Shown piece after piece: positions 35,629 through 45,010 of a stretch of DNA of 64,000 bases. Source of the stretch: Pseudomonadota bacterium. GTDB lineage: Bacteria > Pseudomonadota > Alphaproteobacteria > JACQOE01. Under the pieces are notes generated by a model, which did no database searches, was not told the DNA's origin, and was given only the letters and a program-made list of their open reading frames with translations. The DNA is taken from the NCBI GenBank assembly GCA_016202695.1, contig JACQOE010000092.1, positions 24,490 to 88,489 on the forward strand, in the 5' to 3' direction. Numbering within the stretch: position 1 is the stretch's first letter; each line of letters starts with the position of its first letter. Position numbers and translations under genes: made by a program.

Positions 35629-36390
35629 GTGCCCGATCCCGTCATCGAGGTCGAACGCCTGAGCAAACGCTTCGAGAGCGTGCTCGCCGTCGACGACGTG
35701 AGCTTCCGCGTCGAGCGGGGCGAAACCGTCGCGCTCCTGGGCGGCAACGGCGCCGGCAAGACCACCACCCTCGCCATCCTCCTCGGCCTTCTGCTCCCCA
35801 CTTCGGGCTCGGTCCGGGTGCTCGGCGAGGACCTCCTTCGCCACCGCTACCGGGTGCTCGGGCGGATGAACTTCTCCTCCCCCTACGTGGATCTTCCGCG
35901 GCGCCTCACGGTGGCCGAGAATCTCCGCGTCTATGCCCATCTCTACGGGCTCGACCGGGTCGGGGAGCGGATCGCGCGGCTGATGCAGGCGCTCGACATC
36001 GCTTCCTTCCACGACCGCCCGACGGGCCGCCTCTCGGCCGGGCAGAAGACGCGCGTCGCCCTCGCCAAGGCGCTGATCAACGAGCCCGAGCTCCTGCTCC
36101 TCGACGAGCCGACGGTGTCTCTCGATCCCGACACCGCCGACCGCATCCGCCATTACCTCGAGGACTACCGGAACGCCCGCGGGGCGACCATCCTCCTCGC
36201 CTCGCACAACATGACCGAGGTCGAGCGCATGTGCGACCGGGTGCTGATGATGCGCGCCGGCCGCATCGTCGACACCGGATCGCCCGCCGAGCTGATCCGC
36301 CGCCACGGCCGGCACACCCTCGAGGAGGTCTTCCTCGCCATCGCCCGCGAGCGCGACGACGGCGGCGACGAGGAGGCGGGCCGACCATGA
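35629..36390 (+). CDS. ABC transporter ATP-binding protein (ABC-2/drug-exporter type)
   Basis: GTG at 35629 (TTG at 35623 also possible). Walker A GGNGAGKTT, signature LSAGQKTR, Walker B LLLLDEP. Confidence 0.88.
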   Translation: MPDPVIEVERLSKRFESVLAVDDVSFRVERGETVALLGGNGAGKTTTLAILLGLLLPTSGSVRVLGEDLLRHRYRVLGRMNFSSPYVDLPRRLTVAENLRVYAHLYGLDRVGERIARLMQALDIASFHDRPTGRLSAGQKTRVALAKALINEPELLLLDEPTVSLDPDTADRIRHYLEDYRNARGATILLASHNMTEVERMCDRVLMMRAGRIVDTGSPAELIRRHGRHTLEEVFLAIARERDDGGDEEAGRP

Positions 36391-37214
36391 GCGGCCCCGA
36401 CCGGCGCCCGCCGCTCGCCGCCTTCTCCTGGCGGCGCGTCGCCGCGATGGTGCTCCGCCACGTCTATCTCTTTCGCCGCTCGTGGCCGCGCCTAGTCGAG
36501 CTCGCCTACTGGCCGACGGTGCAGATGCTGACCTGGGGATTCATCAACGCCTTCTTCCGTGCCCACAGCTCGTGGGTCGCGCAGGCCGCGGGCGTGCTCC
36601 TCGGCGCCGCGCTCCTCTGGGACATCCTGTTCCGCTCGCAGATCAGCCTCGCCCTCTCCTTCCTCGAGGAGATGTACGCGCGTCATCTCGGCCATCTCTT
36701 CGTCAGCCCGCTCAGGGTCTACGAGTTGATCGTCTCGCTGATCGCCATGAGCCTGATCCGGACCGCGATCGGGATGGCTCCGGCGATCGCGCTCGCCTAT
36801 GTCCTCTATCGCTACAACCTGTTCGAACTCGGGCTGGCGTTGATCGCCTTCTTCGCCAGCCTCTTCGTCACCGGCTGGTCGATCGCGCTCTTCGTCTGCG
36901 CGCTGGTGCTGCGCTTCGGGCTCGGCGCCGAGAGCCTGGCCTGGGCGGTGATGTTCGCGATCACGCCGGTCACCGGTGTTTATTATCCGATCGACTCGCT
37001 GCCCGGCTGGGTGCAGCCGATCTCGTGGTCGATCCCCTCCTCCTACGTCTTCGAGGGCATGCGGGCGGTGATGTTCGAGGGTGTGTTCCGCGCCGACCTC
37101 CTGGCGGCGGCCACCGCCCTCAACCTCGTCTATCTCGCGGTCGGGGCCGGGGTCTTCCTGGCGGCGTTCCACGTCGCGCGGAAGAAGGGCCTGCTCCTCA
37201 ACGTCGGCGAATAG
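36387..37214 (+). CDS. ABC-2 type transporter permease
   Basis: ATG at 36387 overlaps the upstream stop (ATGA). 275 aa with six hydrophobic helices. Confidence 0.85.
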   Translation: MSGPDRRPPLAAFSWRRVAAMVLRHVYLFRRSWPRLVELAYWPTVQMLTWGFINAFFRAHSSWVAQAAGVLLGAALLWDILFRSQISLALSFLEEMYARHLGHLFVSPLRVYELIVSLIAMSLIRTAIGMAPAIALAYVLYRYNLFELGLALIAFFASLFVTGWSIALFVCALVLRFGLGAESLAWAVMFAITPVTGVYYPIDSLPGWVQPISWSIPSSYVFEGMRAVMFEGVFRADLLAAATALNLVYLAVGAGVFLAAFHVARKKGLLLNVGE

Positions 37215-37218
37215 AGAG

Positions 37219-37866
37219 ATGGCGCCGCGCCCTCCCGCCGTCGCCACGACCCGCTGGTGGTGGGTGCGCCATGCCCCGGTGGCCGAGCGGGTGCGCCCCT
37301 TCATCTACGGCCAGGAGGACGTGCCGGCGGTCTTCGACGACCGCGCCGGCCTCGCCGCGCTCGCCGCGGCGCTGCCGCGCGGGGCAGTATGGGTGACGAG
37401 CCACCTGAGCCGCGCCCGCGACACCGCCCGCGCCATCTTCGCGGCCGGCTATCCGGCGGCGATTCCGATCGAGGAGCCGGACCTGGCCGAGCAGCACCTC
37501 GGCGCCTGGCAGGGCCTGTCGCGGGCCAAGTTCGTGGGGCCCGAGGGCGAGCCCGCCCACCCCACCTGGCTGGTCGGGGCGCACGTCAAGCCCCCGGGCG
37601 GGGAGAGCTTCGAGGAGGTCGTCGCCCGCGTCGCGGCCGCGGTCGACCGGCTGACCGCGGCGCACGCCGGGGAGGACGTCGTCGCCGTGGCCCACGGCGG
37701 CTCGATCCGCGCCGGGCTGGCGCACGCACTCGCGGTGCCGGCCGAGCGGGCGCTCGCCTTCCAGCTCGAGAACCTGTCGCTGACCGCGATCCACCACGTC
37801 CGCCGGGCCGACGGCAGCGTCAACTGGCGGGTGGTGACGGTCAACCGGCGCCCGGGCGGAGGCTGA
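37219..37866 (+). CDS. histidine phosphatase family protein (phosphoglycerate-mutase-like)
   Basis: ATG at 37219. RHA(P) catalytic motif WWVRHAPV, a later AHGGSIR histidine motif, 215 aa. Confidence 0.8.
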   Translation: MAPRPPAVATTRWWWVRHAPVAERVRPFIYGQEDVPAVFDDRAGLAALAAALPRGAVWVTSHLSRARDTARAIFAAGYPAAIPIEEPDLAEQHLGAWQGLSRAKFVGPEGEPAHPTWLVGAHVKPPGGESFEEVVARVAAAVDRLTAAHAGEDVVAVAHGGSIRAGLAHALAVPAERALAFQLENLSLTAIHHVRRADGSVNWRVVTVNRRPGGG

Positions 37867-37965
37867 GCCTCCGCGGCCGGCCATTGCGCCGGCAATTCCG
37901 GTTGACCCGCGCCCGGCGCCCGCCCAGACTCGCGGCGAGGGTCGGGGCGCGGCCGCCCCCCGGCG

Positions 37966-38667
37966 ATGCGAGGAGGCGACATGATACGTGGCTTGAGTCG
38001 GACCCTGTGCGCACTCGTCTCGGGGCTCGGGATTCTGGCCCTGGGCCTTTCCGGCCCGGCGCGCGCCTCGGAGACGCAGCAAACGGTCGATCTCGCCAAG
38101 GCGACGCTCGAGGAGATCCTCACCGACCCCGACTTCTCCCACGTCCACGACTTCCTCAAGCGGGCCCGCGCGGTGGTCGTCATCCCGCGGGTGTTCAAGG
38201 CCGGCTTCATCGTCGGCGGCGCCGGCGGGACCGGCGTCCTCCTCGCCCGCGACGGCGCCGGCGGCTGGAGCGGCCCGGCGTTCGTCACCCTGGCGGCGGG
38301 CAGCGTCGGCCTTCAGGCGGGGGTGCAGGACTCGCGACTCCTGCTGGTGATCATGAACGACCGGGCGCTCAACGCCCTCCTCACCCGCGACTTCAAGCTG
38401 GGCGCCGACGCCTCGGTCGCGATCGGCCCGATCGGCGCCGGGATCGAGGCCTCGACCACCGCCAACTTGAACATGGACGTCTTCTCGTTCTCGAAGGCGC
38501 GCGGCTTCTTCGGCGGCGGCTCGGTCGAGGGCGCGGCGATCATCAAGCGCAACGACCTCAACAAGGAGTATTACGGGGTCGAGGTGAGCGCGCCCGAGGT
38601 GGTGCTCGCCCAGAAGGCCACCAATCCCGCGGCCGAGCCGCTGCGCGCCCTTCTCGCCCGCCGCTGA
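37966..38667 (+). CDS. SYLF (Ysc84/DUF500) lipid-binding domain protein, secreted
   Basis: Signal peptide (ALVSGLGILALGLSGPARA). GG..G-rich SYLF core (GFIVGGAGGTGVLLAR, SFSKARGFFGG). Confidence 0.75.
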   Translation: MRGGDMIRGLSRTLCALVSGLGILALGLSGPARASETQQTVDLAKATLEEILTDPDFSHVHDFLKRARAVVVIPRVFKAGFIVGGAGGTGVLLARDGAGGWSGPAFVTLAAGSVGLQAGVQDSRLLLVIMNDRALNALLTRDFKLGADASVAIGPIGAGIEASTTANLNMDVFSFSKARGFFGGGSVEGAAIIKRNDLNKEYYGVEVSAPEVVLAQKATNPAAEPLRALLARR

Positions 38668-38675
38668 GCGGGGCC

Positions 38676-39680
38676 TCAGGCGGTAAGCCGAACGAGGGCC
38701 AGGGCCACCACCATCCCGGCGTTCAGGAGGCAGGCGACGGCGTAGAGATAGAGCGCTCGCTTCACGTCCTGCGCCGTCGCTTGCGCGCGTCCCTCGCCGA
38801 TCCAGTTCGCGGCATCGCCCCAGCCGGGCCGGGCGCCGGGACCGAGGAGCGCGAGGTCGAGCGCGCCGGCGGCGGCGCCGCTCGGCCAGCCCTCGTTGAG
38901 CGAGACGTGCTTGCCGGCGTCGCGCAGCATCACCTTGAGCGCGGCGAGCGGGCGGCCGGTGGGGACGAAAATCGCCCCCAGCGCGAGGTAGAGGCCGGCG
39001 AGGCGCGCCGGGAAGAAGCCGAGCGCGTCGTCGAGCCGCGCCGAGGTCAGCCCGAAGGCGGCGTAGCGCCACGAGCCCGCCCCGATCACCCCGGCCATGC
39101 GGTTGACCGTCATGTAGGCGGCGGTGCCGGGGAGGCCGAGGAACAGGTACCAGAAGACCGGCCCCACCACCCGCGCCGCGAAATGCTCGACGCAGGCCTC
39201 GATGGCGGTGCGCGCGAGCCCGTGGGCGTCGAGCGCCGCGGTCTCGAACGGGACCAGCGCGCCGACCGCCGCCCGTGCCTCCTCGGTGCCGCCGGCGGCG
39301 AGGGCCCTGGCCAGCGCCCGCAGCCGGTCGAACACCCCGCGCTGCGAGACGAGGGCGAAGACCAGCGCGAACTCCAGCAGCCAGCCCCAGGTGAAGGCCC
39401 AGGCGAGCCAGGAGACGAGAAGCCCGACCAGGGCGGCGAGGCCGGAGAGCACCACCACCACCAGCACCCCCCGCACCGCCCGGTCGCCCTGGCTGCGGCG
39501 CTCGCGGTTGAGCCGCGCGTCCAGACCCCCGGTCGCCCAGGCGACCGCCGCCATCGGGTTGGGCAGCAGGCGAAGCCCCCTCGGGACCTCGCCGACGAGG
39601 GCGTCGACCACCAGCACCAGCAGCAGCAGGACCACCGGGTCGAACGCCCCCGCCCCCGCGAAGATCGAGAGCGGGAACAT
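38676..39680 (-). CDS. cobD: adenosylcobinamide-phosphate synthase CobD/CbiB
   Basis: ATG at 39680. 334 aa membrane protein with the CobD pattern (VNRMAGVIG, SLNEGWPSGAAAGAL). Confidence 0.88.
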   Translation of the reverse strand: MFPLSIFAGAGAFDPVVLLLLVLVVDALVGEVPRGLRLLPNPMAAVAWATGGLDARLNRERRSQGDRAVRGVLVVVVLSGLAALVGLLVSWLAWAFTWGWLLEFALVFALVSQRGVFDRLRALARALAAGGTEEARAAVGALVPFETAALDAHGLARTAIEACVEHFAARVVGPVFWYLFLGLPGTAAYMTVNRMAGVIGAGSWRYAAFGLTSARLDDALGFFPARLAGLYLALGAIFVPTGRPLAALKVMLRDAGKHVSLNEGWPSGAAAGALDLALLGPGARPGWGDAANWIGEGRAQATAQDVKRALYLYAVACLLNAGMVVALALVRLTA

Positions 39681-39742
39681 CGGCTGAGGATGGGCCCGGC
39701 CGACTCGCGCGTCAATTGCGCCCGCGGGCCGGAGCCGCGCGC

Positions 39743-40981
39743 TCAGAACGCATAGAGGAGCGCCCCCGCCAGCGCCGCCGCCACCACCACCAGCCACGGG
39801 GCCAGGCGCCAGACGGCGAGCAGCGCGAACAGCCCGAGTCCGAGCGCGGCATCGGCGGCCCCCCGGATCGCGCCGGTGAAGACCGGGGTGTAGAGCGCCG
39901 CCAGGAGCAGGCCGACCACGGCCGCGTTCACCCCCGACAGGGCCGACTTGAGCCCGGCCCGGCGGCGAAGATCGTCCCAGAAGGGAAGCACCCCGATCAG
40001 GATCAGGAACGAGGGGGCGAAGATGGCGACCAGCGCGATGGCGCCGCCCGCCACCCCGTTCGGCGCCGGCCCCGAGACCGCGCCGAGGTAGGCGGAGAAG
40101 GTGAAGAGCGGGCCCGGCACCGCCTGCGCCGCGCCGTAGCCGGCGAGGAAGCCTTCGGTCGACACCCAGCCGGGCGAGACCACCTCGGCCTGAAGGAGCG
40201 GCAGCACCACGTGCCCGCCGCCGAAGACCAGCGAGCCAACCCGATAGAAGGAGTCGAAGAGCGCAAGCCCGTGCCAGCCGATCAGACCGGCGGCTACGGG
40301 GAGTCCGACGAGGAGCCCGAAGAAGGCGACGAGGGAGGACAGCGCGAGTCCCCGTCCAACCCGCACCGACGCCCCGGCGTGGTCCCCGCCGGCACCGTCG
40401 TCGGCCTCCAGGAGCAGCCATCCGGCGACGCCGCCGAGCGCGATCGCGGCGATCTGGCCGAGCGCCTCCGGCAGGCCCAGCGCCCGCCCGGCCGCCGGCC
40501 AGGCGAGGACCACGATCGCCGACGCCAGCGCCAGGCTGGCGCGGGTGCGCCCGACGCAGAAGCTCCTGGCCATGCCCCACACCGCCTGCGCCACCACCGC
40601 CACGGCGACGATCTTGAGGCCGCGGAGCCAGCCCGCGCCGGCGGTATCCCCGATCGCCTCCACGCCGTAGGCAAAGCCGAGCATCAGGAGCGCCGAGGGG
40701 AGCGTGAATCCGGCCCAGGCGGCGAGCCCCCCGGCGAGCCCCGCCCGCATCATGCCGATGGCGATGCTCACCTGCGTGCTCGCCGGGCCGGGAAGGAACT
40801 GGCAGAGCGCGACGAGATCGGCGAAGGTCCGCTCGTCGATCCAGCGCCGCTCGACGACGAACGCCTGGCGGTAGTAGCCAATGTGGGCCACCGGGCCGCC
40901 GAAGGAGGTGACCCCCAGCTTGAGGTAGACGCCCAGCACCTCCCGCCAGGTCGAGCGCGCCTCCGTCGTCGTCTCGGCCAT
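39743..40981 (-). CDS. chrA: chromate transporter ChrA (two CHR domains)
   Basis: ATG at 40981 (MAETTTEARSTWREVLGVYLKLGVTSFGGPVAHIGY). The second CHR repeat contains FGGGHVVLPLL. Confidence 0.88.
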   Translation of the reverse strand: MAETTTEARSTWREVLGVYLKLGVTSFGGPVAHIGYYRQAFVVERRWIDERTFADLVALCQFLPGPASTQVSIAIGMMRAGLAGGLAAWAGFTLPSALLMLGFAYGVEAIGDTAGAGWLRGLKIVAVAVVAQAVWGMARSFCVGRTRASLALASAIVVLAWPAAGRALGLPEALGQIAAIALGGVAGWLLLEADDGAGGDHAGASVRVGRGLALSSLVAFFGLLVGLPVAAGLIGWHGLALFDSFYRVGSLVFGGGHVVLPLLQAEVVSPGWVSTEGFLAGYGAAQAVPGPLFTFSAYLGAVSGPAPNGVAGGAIALVAIFAPSFLILIGVLPFWDDLRRRAGLKSALSGVNAAVVGLLLAALYTPVFTGAIRGAADAALGLGLFALLAVWRLAPWLVVVAAALAGALLYAF

Positions 40982-41098
40982 CGTCCCCCCGTCCCAAGGC
41001 CCCGGACGGTCGCATCCTGCCCCGGCCCTCGGGCGCGGGTCAACGCGGCGCACCGGCGCGATTGACACCCGGCCCCGCGGCGGGCGAAGAGTCGGGCC

Positions 41099-41527
41099 AT
41101 GCCCGCCTGGCTCTCGCCCGCCTCGCTCGCGCTCCTCACCGCGGCTTTCGCCTTCGGCGCGATGGCCTTCTTCAGCGCCGTGCTGGCGCCGCTGGTTTTC
41201 CGCCGGCTGCCGCGCGAGACGGCCGCGGCCTTCATGGCCGACGCCTTCCCGGTCTACTACCTCGCCGTCGGCCTGGGCGCGGCCGTCGCCGCCGTGGCCG
41301 CGGCGCCCTCGCACCCGGCCGAGGCCGGCCTCGCCGCCCTGGTCGCCCTCGGCTTCGCGCTGCTCAGGCGCCTGGTTCTGCCGCGGATGCGGGCTCTGGC
41401 GCCCCGCCGCGAGGCGGGCGAGGAGGCCGCGGCTAGGGCCTTCGCCTCGCTCCACCGGATGAGCGCGCTGGTCAACCTCCTGCAGATGCTCGCGCTCGCC
41501 GTGGTGCTGATCGGGCTCGCCGCATGA
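41099..41527 (+). CDS. DUF4149-like membrane protein
   Basis: 142 aa with four hydrophobic helices. Translationally coupled (ATGA) to ycgN. Confidence 0.55.
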   Translation: MPAWLSPASLALLTAAFAFGAMAFFSAVLAPLVFRRLPRETAAAFMADAFPVYYLAVGLGAAVAAVAAAPSHPAEAGLAALVALGFALLRRLVLPRMRALAPRREAGEEAAARAFASLHRMSALVNLLQMLALAVVLIGLAA

Positions 41528-42072
41528 GGGCCGCGCGCCGCCCCCCCGCTTCGCCCCTTGCGTGGCCGCGCCGGCGCCGGCGCCGATCCCGCCGCGTCGG
41601 CGAGGCCGCCGGCTTTCTCGCTCGGCCGGCGGCGGGCGAGGCGCCTCCCTTCTGGAAGCGCAAGACCCTGGCCGAGATGAGCCGCGAGGAGTGGGAGTCG
41701 CTCTGCGACGGCTGCGCCCGCTGCTGCCTGATCAAGCTCGAGGACGCGGACAGCGGCGAGATCCTGTTCACCAACGTCGCCTGCCGGCTGTTGCATCCCG
41801 GGACCTGCCGGTGTACCGATTACCCCGACCGCAAACGGCGGGTGCCCGACTGCGTGCAGCTCTCGCCCGAGACGATCGGAAGCCTGGCCTGGCTTCCGGC
41901 CACCTGCGGCTACCGGCTCGTCCACGAGGGCAAGGCCCTCTACTGGTGGCACCCCCTCGTCTCGGGCGATCCGAACACCGTCCATGAGGCCGGGATCTCG
42001 GTCCGCGGCCGGGTGGTGAGCGAGGACGACGCCCGCGACCCCGAGGCGCACGTCGTCGAGTGGGCGAAGTGA
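41524..42072 (+). CDS. ycgN: YcgN-family cysteine-cluster protein (UPF0260)
   Basis: [27 protein letters not shown] ... CRCTDYPDR is the YcgN signature. It carries an Arg-rich N-terminal extension. Confidence 0.85.
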   Translation: MRAARRPPASPLAWPRRRRRRSRRVGEAAGFLARPAAGEAPPFWKRKTLAEMSREEWESLCDGCARCCLIKLEDADSGEILFTNVACRLLHPGTCRCTDYPDRKRRVPDCVQLSPETIGSLAWLPATCGYRLVHEGKALYWWHPLVSGDPNTVHEAGISVRGRVVSEDDARDPEAHVVEWAK

Positions 42073-42102
42073 GCCCGGAAAGCCGTTTCTTCGAGGAGAC
42101 CG

Positions 42103-43029
42103 ATGGCCATGAGTGACGCGCCCCCCCTGTTCGCCGGCATCAACGCCGCCGTGCTCACGCCGCTCAAGGACGACCTTTCGCCCGACCACACCATGCTGGT
42201 GCGCCACTGCCGGTGGCTGTTGGACAACGGCTGCGACGGCCTCGGCATCCTCGGCACCACCGGCGAGGCCAACTCGTTCTCGATGCGCGAGCGGATCGAC
42301 ATCATCGAAGCGGTGGTCAAGGCCGACGTTCCGACCGACAGGCTGATGCCCGGCACCGGCTGCTGCTCGCTCACCGAGTCGGTAACGCTGACCCGGGTGG
42401 CGCTGGAGGCGGGGTGCAAGGGGGTGCTGATGCTGCCGCCCTTCTACTACAAGAACGTCAGCGACGACGGCCTCTTCGCCTACTTCTCCACGGTCATCGA
42501 GCGGGTGGCCGACCCCAAGGCGCGGGTCTATCTCTATCACTTCCCGCAGATGTCGGCGGTGCCCTTCAGCCACGACCTCATCGAGCGGCTCTTGAGGGCC
42601 TTTCCCGGGGTGGTCCGGGGGGTGAAGGACAGCTCCGGCGACGTCGCCAACATGAAGGCGATGGTCGCCCGCTTCCCCGGCTTCGAGGTCTACACCGGCT
42701 CCGACGAGTTCCTCCTGCCGCTCTTGCGCGCCGGCGGGGCGGGCGGCATCACCGCGGCGAGCAACATCAACTGCCGGGTCGGGGCCAAGGTGTTCGCGGG
42801 CTTCAAGTCGCCCGAGGCCGACCGCCAGCAGGAGATCCTCACCGCCACCCGGCGGGTCACCACCTCGGTGCCGCCGATCTCCGGGCTCAAGGAGATCATG
42901 GCCCGCATCACCGGCATCGCCGGCTGGCGGAACATCCGCCCGCCGCACCTCCGGCTGGCCAGGGAGAAGGCCGACGAGCTCTACGCCAAGCTCCTCACCA
43001 CCGGAGTCGAGCTTCCGAAGGCGGCCTGA
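42103..43029 (+). CDS. dihydrodipicolinate synthase/N-acetylneuraminate lyase family protein
   Basis: 308 aa. GILGTTGEANS motif, YHFP, and a KDSSGD Schiff-base lysine region. Confidence 0.88.
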   Translation: MAMSDAPPLFAGINAAVLTPLKDDLSPDHTMLVRHCRWLLDNGCDGLGILGTTGEANSFSMRERIDIIEAVVKADVPTDRLMPGTGCCSLTESVTLTRVALEAGCKGVLMLPPFYYKNVSDDGLFAYFSTVIERVADPKARVYLYHFPQMSAVPFSHDLIERLLRAFPGVVRGVKDSSGDVANMKAMVARFPGFEVYTGSDEFLLPLLRAGGAGGITAASNINCRVGAKVFAGFKSPEADRQQEILTATRRVTTSVPPISGLKEIMARITGIAGWRNIRPPHLRLAREKADELYAKLLTTGVELPKAA

Positions 43030-43054
43030 AACCCGTTCGCCCAATTCCCCGCTT

Positions 43055-43160
43055 TCGTCGTCATTCCGGCCGGAGCGAAGCGGAGAGCCGGAATCCAGGG
43101 AGTTCCAGGATACCGCTTGCGCGGGTATGACGAGGAAAGTCCCGGCGAGAGCCGGGAGCC
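43055..43160. repeat. REP/MITE-like palindromic intergenic element (three consecutive hairpins)
   Basis: ATTCCGGC (43063-43070) pairs with GCCGGAAT (43087-43094). ATACCGC..GCGGGTAT is imperfect. CCCGGC (43141-43146) pairs with GCCGGG (43151-43156). It resembles dispersed alphaproteobacterial intergenic repeats. Confidence 0.5.
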
Positions 43161-43200
43161 TCGCGACTTGGCATGAGCCGCGCCGGCCAGGGCTTGCCGC

Positions 43201-43230
43201 CTCAATCTCAATCTCAATCTCAATCTCAAC
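43201..43230. repeat. hexanucleotide microsatellite (CTCAAT)x4 plus CTCAAC
   Basis: Read directly from the sequence. Degenerate units continue to 43242 and overlap the stop codon of the DMT gene. Confidence 0.95.
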
Positions 43231-43237
43231 CTTAGCC

Positions 43238-44173
43238 TCAGCCCCCGCCCGCGCCCCGGCGCGAGAGGTTGACCAGCGCCAGCCCGGCCAGCACCAGCGT
43301 CGCAGCGGCCCAGATCCAGGCTGAGTAGCGCTCGCCGAAGAGGCCGATGCCCCAGGCGATGCCGGTCAGCGTCACCACGTAGGAGGCCTGGCTCGAGTAG
43401 ACCGGCCCGGCCCGGCGCATCAGCGCGAAGTAGACGACGAAGGCGGCGCCGGTGACCAAGGCCTGCGCCAGCACCAGGGCGGCGGCGAAGCCCGAGGCCG
43501 ACCACAGCGGGAAGAAGCTGCCGCTCAGCGCCATCGCCGGCGCCAGCCCCAGCGCCGAGCCCGCCATCATGCCCGCGGCCAGCGCCAGCGAGTCCGCCCC
43601 CTCGGGCCGGAAGCGGGCGACGATGATATGCGTCAGGGCGTAGATCGTCGGGGTGAGGAAGCCCATCGCCGCCCACAGGGCCATCCCGGCCGTGGGCAGG
43701 CTCCCCTTGGGCAGGACGATCATCAGCGCGCCGGCGAAGCCGAGCGCGATCCCGAGCGTGCGCTTGAGCTCCGCCCGCTCGATGCCGACCGCCAGGCTGA
43801 GGGCATAGGTGATGAACGGCACGGTGGTGATCTCGACCGACATCACCCCGGCCGGGATGTGGCGGAGCGCGTAGAGGGCGAACATGTTGGGAAGCCAGAG
43901 GCCGAAGGTCCCGGTGGCGAGGTAGTAGCCGAGGAAGCCGGGCTTCAGCGGCGGCAGGCGCCCCCGCCGCCACGAGACCGCCAGCAGCACCAGGAAGGCG
44001 CCGAGCGACTGCCAGAAGATGAAGCCGAGCGGCGGGATGCCGGCCTCGGCGGCGAGCTTGCCGAAAGGCGGGGTCAGGCCCCACAGGCTCCCGAGCGCGA
44101 GGAGAAGCGCGACCGGCAGCAAACTCGTCCGCAGGCCCCGGAGGCCGGCGGCAAGGCGGGTGGCGTCGCCCAT
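43238..44173 (-). CDS. DMT-superfamily (EamA-like) transporter
   Basis: 311 aa with ten hydrophobic helices in two EamA-like halves. Confidence 0.85.
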   Translation of the reverse strand: MGDATRLAAGLRGLRTSLLPVALLLALGSLWGLTPPFGKLAAEAGIPPLGFIFWQSLGAFLVLLAVSWRRGRLPPLKPGFLGYYLATGTFGLWLPNMFALYALRHIPAGVMSVEITTVPFITYALSLAVGIERAELKRTLGIALGFAGALMIVLPKGSLPTAGMALWAAMGFLTPTIYALTHIIVARFRPEGADSLALAAGMMAGSALGLAPAMALSGSFFPLWSASGFAAALVLAQALVTGAAFVVYFALMRRAGPVYSSQASYVVTLTGIAWGIGLFGERYSAWIWAAATLVLAGLALVNLSRRGAGGG

Positions 44174-44239
44174 CGGCCCCGGTTCTAGAGCATATCCCGG
44201 CCAAGTTGAACCGGCGCGTCAGGCCATGCCGGGCGCCGG

Positions 44240-45010
44240 TTGCGCCGGCCGCCCGGCGAAGGTATCACTGTCGGCATGGACGCCTCGGTCCCCGGCGGCG
44301 ATCCGCTGGCGCCGCGGTTCCGCGACGACACGCTGTACGTGAACGGGAGCGCCGTCGCCGTCCGCTGGCGGCTGGACCGGCGGGCCCGGCGCGTGCGGCT
44401 CAGCGTCGATCCGCGCGAGGGCTCCGTGATCGTCACCCTGCCGCTCCGCACCGCCCGCCGCCGGGGCGAGGAGTTCCTGCTCCAGCACGCCGGCTGGGTG
44501 GCCGGCCGGATCGAGGCCCTGCCGCCCCGCGTGCCCTTCCGGCACGGCGCCTCGCTCCCCGTACTCGGCCGCGAGACGGTGATCTGCCACGCCCCAGGGG
44601 CCCGGCGCGGGGTGTGGTGCGAGGCGGGCGAGATCCGGGTGAGCGGCGCCGGCGAGCACCTCGCCCGGCGGGTGACGGACTGGCTCAAGCGCCAGGCGCT
44701 GGCCGAGATCGGACCCAAGGCCCACGCCATGGCCGCGAGCCTGGGGCGCAAGGTGCGGCGCGTATCCGTGCGCGAGATGCGCTCGCGCTGGGGAAGCTGC
44801 TCGGTCAAGGGCGACCTCGCCTTCTGCTGGCGGCTGATGCTGGCCCCGGGCTGGGTGCTCGACTACGTGATCGCCCACGAGGTCGCCCACCTCGCCCACA
44901 TGAACCACGGTCCCCGCTTCTGGCGCACCGTCCAGGGACTGGTCGGCGACATCGACCGCCCGCGCGCGTGGCTCCGCCGGCACGGGAACGCGCTCCACCG
45001 CTACGGCTGA
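44240..45010 (+). CDS. YgjP-like M48-family metal-dependent hydrolase (DUF45)
   Basis: C-terminal HEVAHLAHMNHGPRFW zinc motif preceded by RWGSCS. The start could be the ATG at 44276. Confidence 0.85.
   Translation: MRRPPGEGITVGMDASVPGGDPLAPRFRDDTLYVNGSAVAVRWRLDRRARRVRLSVDPREGSVIVTLPLRTARRRGEEFLLQHAGWVAGRIEALPPRVPFRHGASLPVLGRETVICHAPGARRGVWCEAGEIRVSGAGEHLARRVTDWLKRQALAEIGPKAHAMAASLGRKVRRVSVREMRSRWGSCSVKGDLAFCWRLMLAPGWVLDYVIAHEVAHLAHMNHGPRFWRTVQGLVGDIDRPRAWLRRHGNALHRYG

Noticed and set aside
43201-43230. CTCAAT repeat as a CRISPR array
   Set aside because: The units are 6 bp long with no spacers and there are no cas genes in the window. It is a microsatellite, not a CRISPR array.
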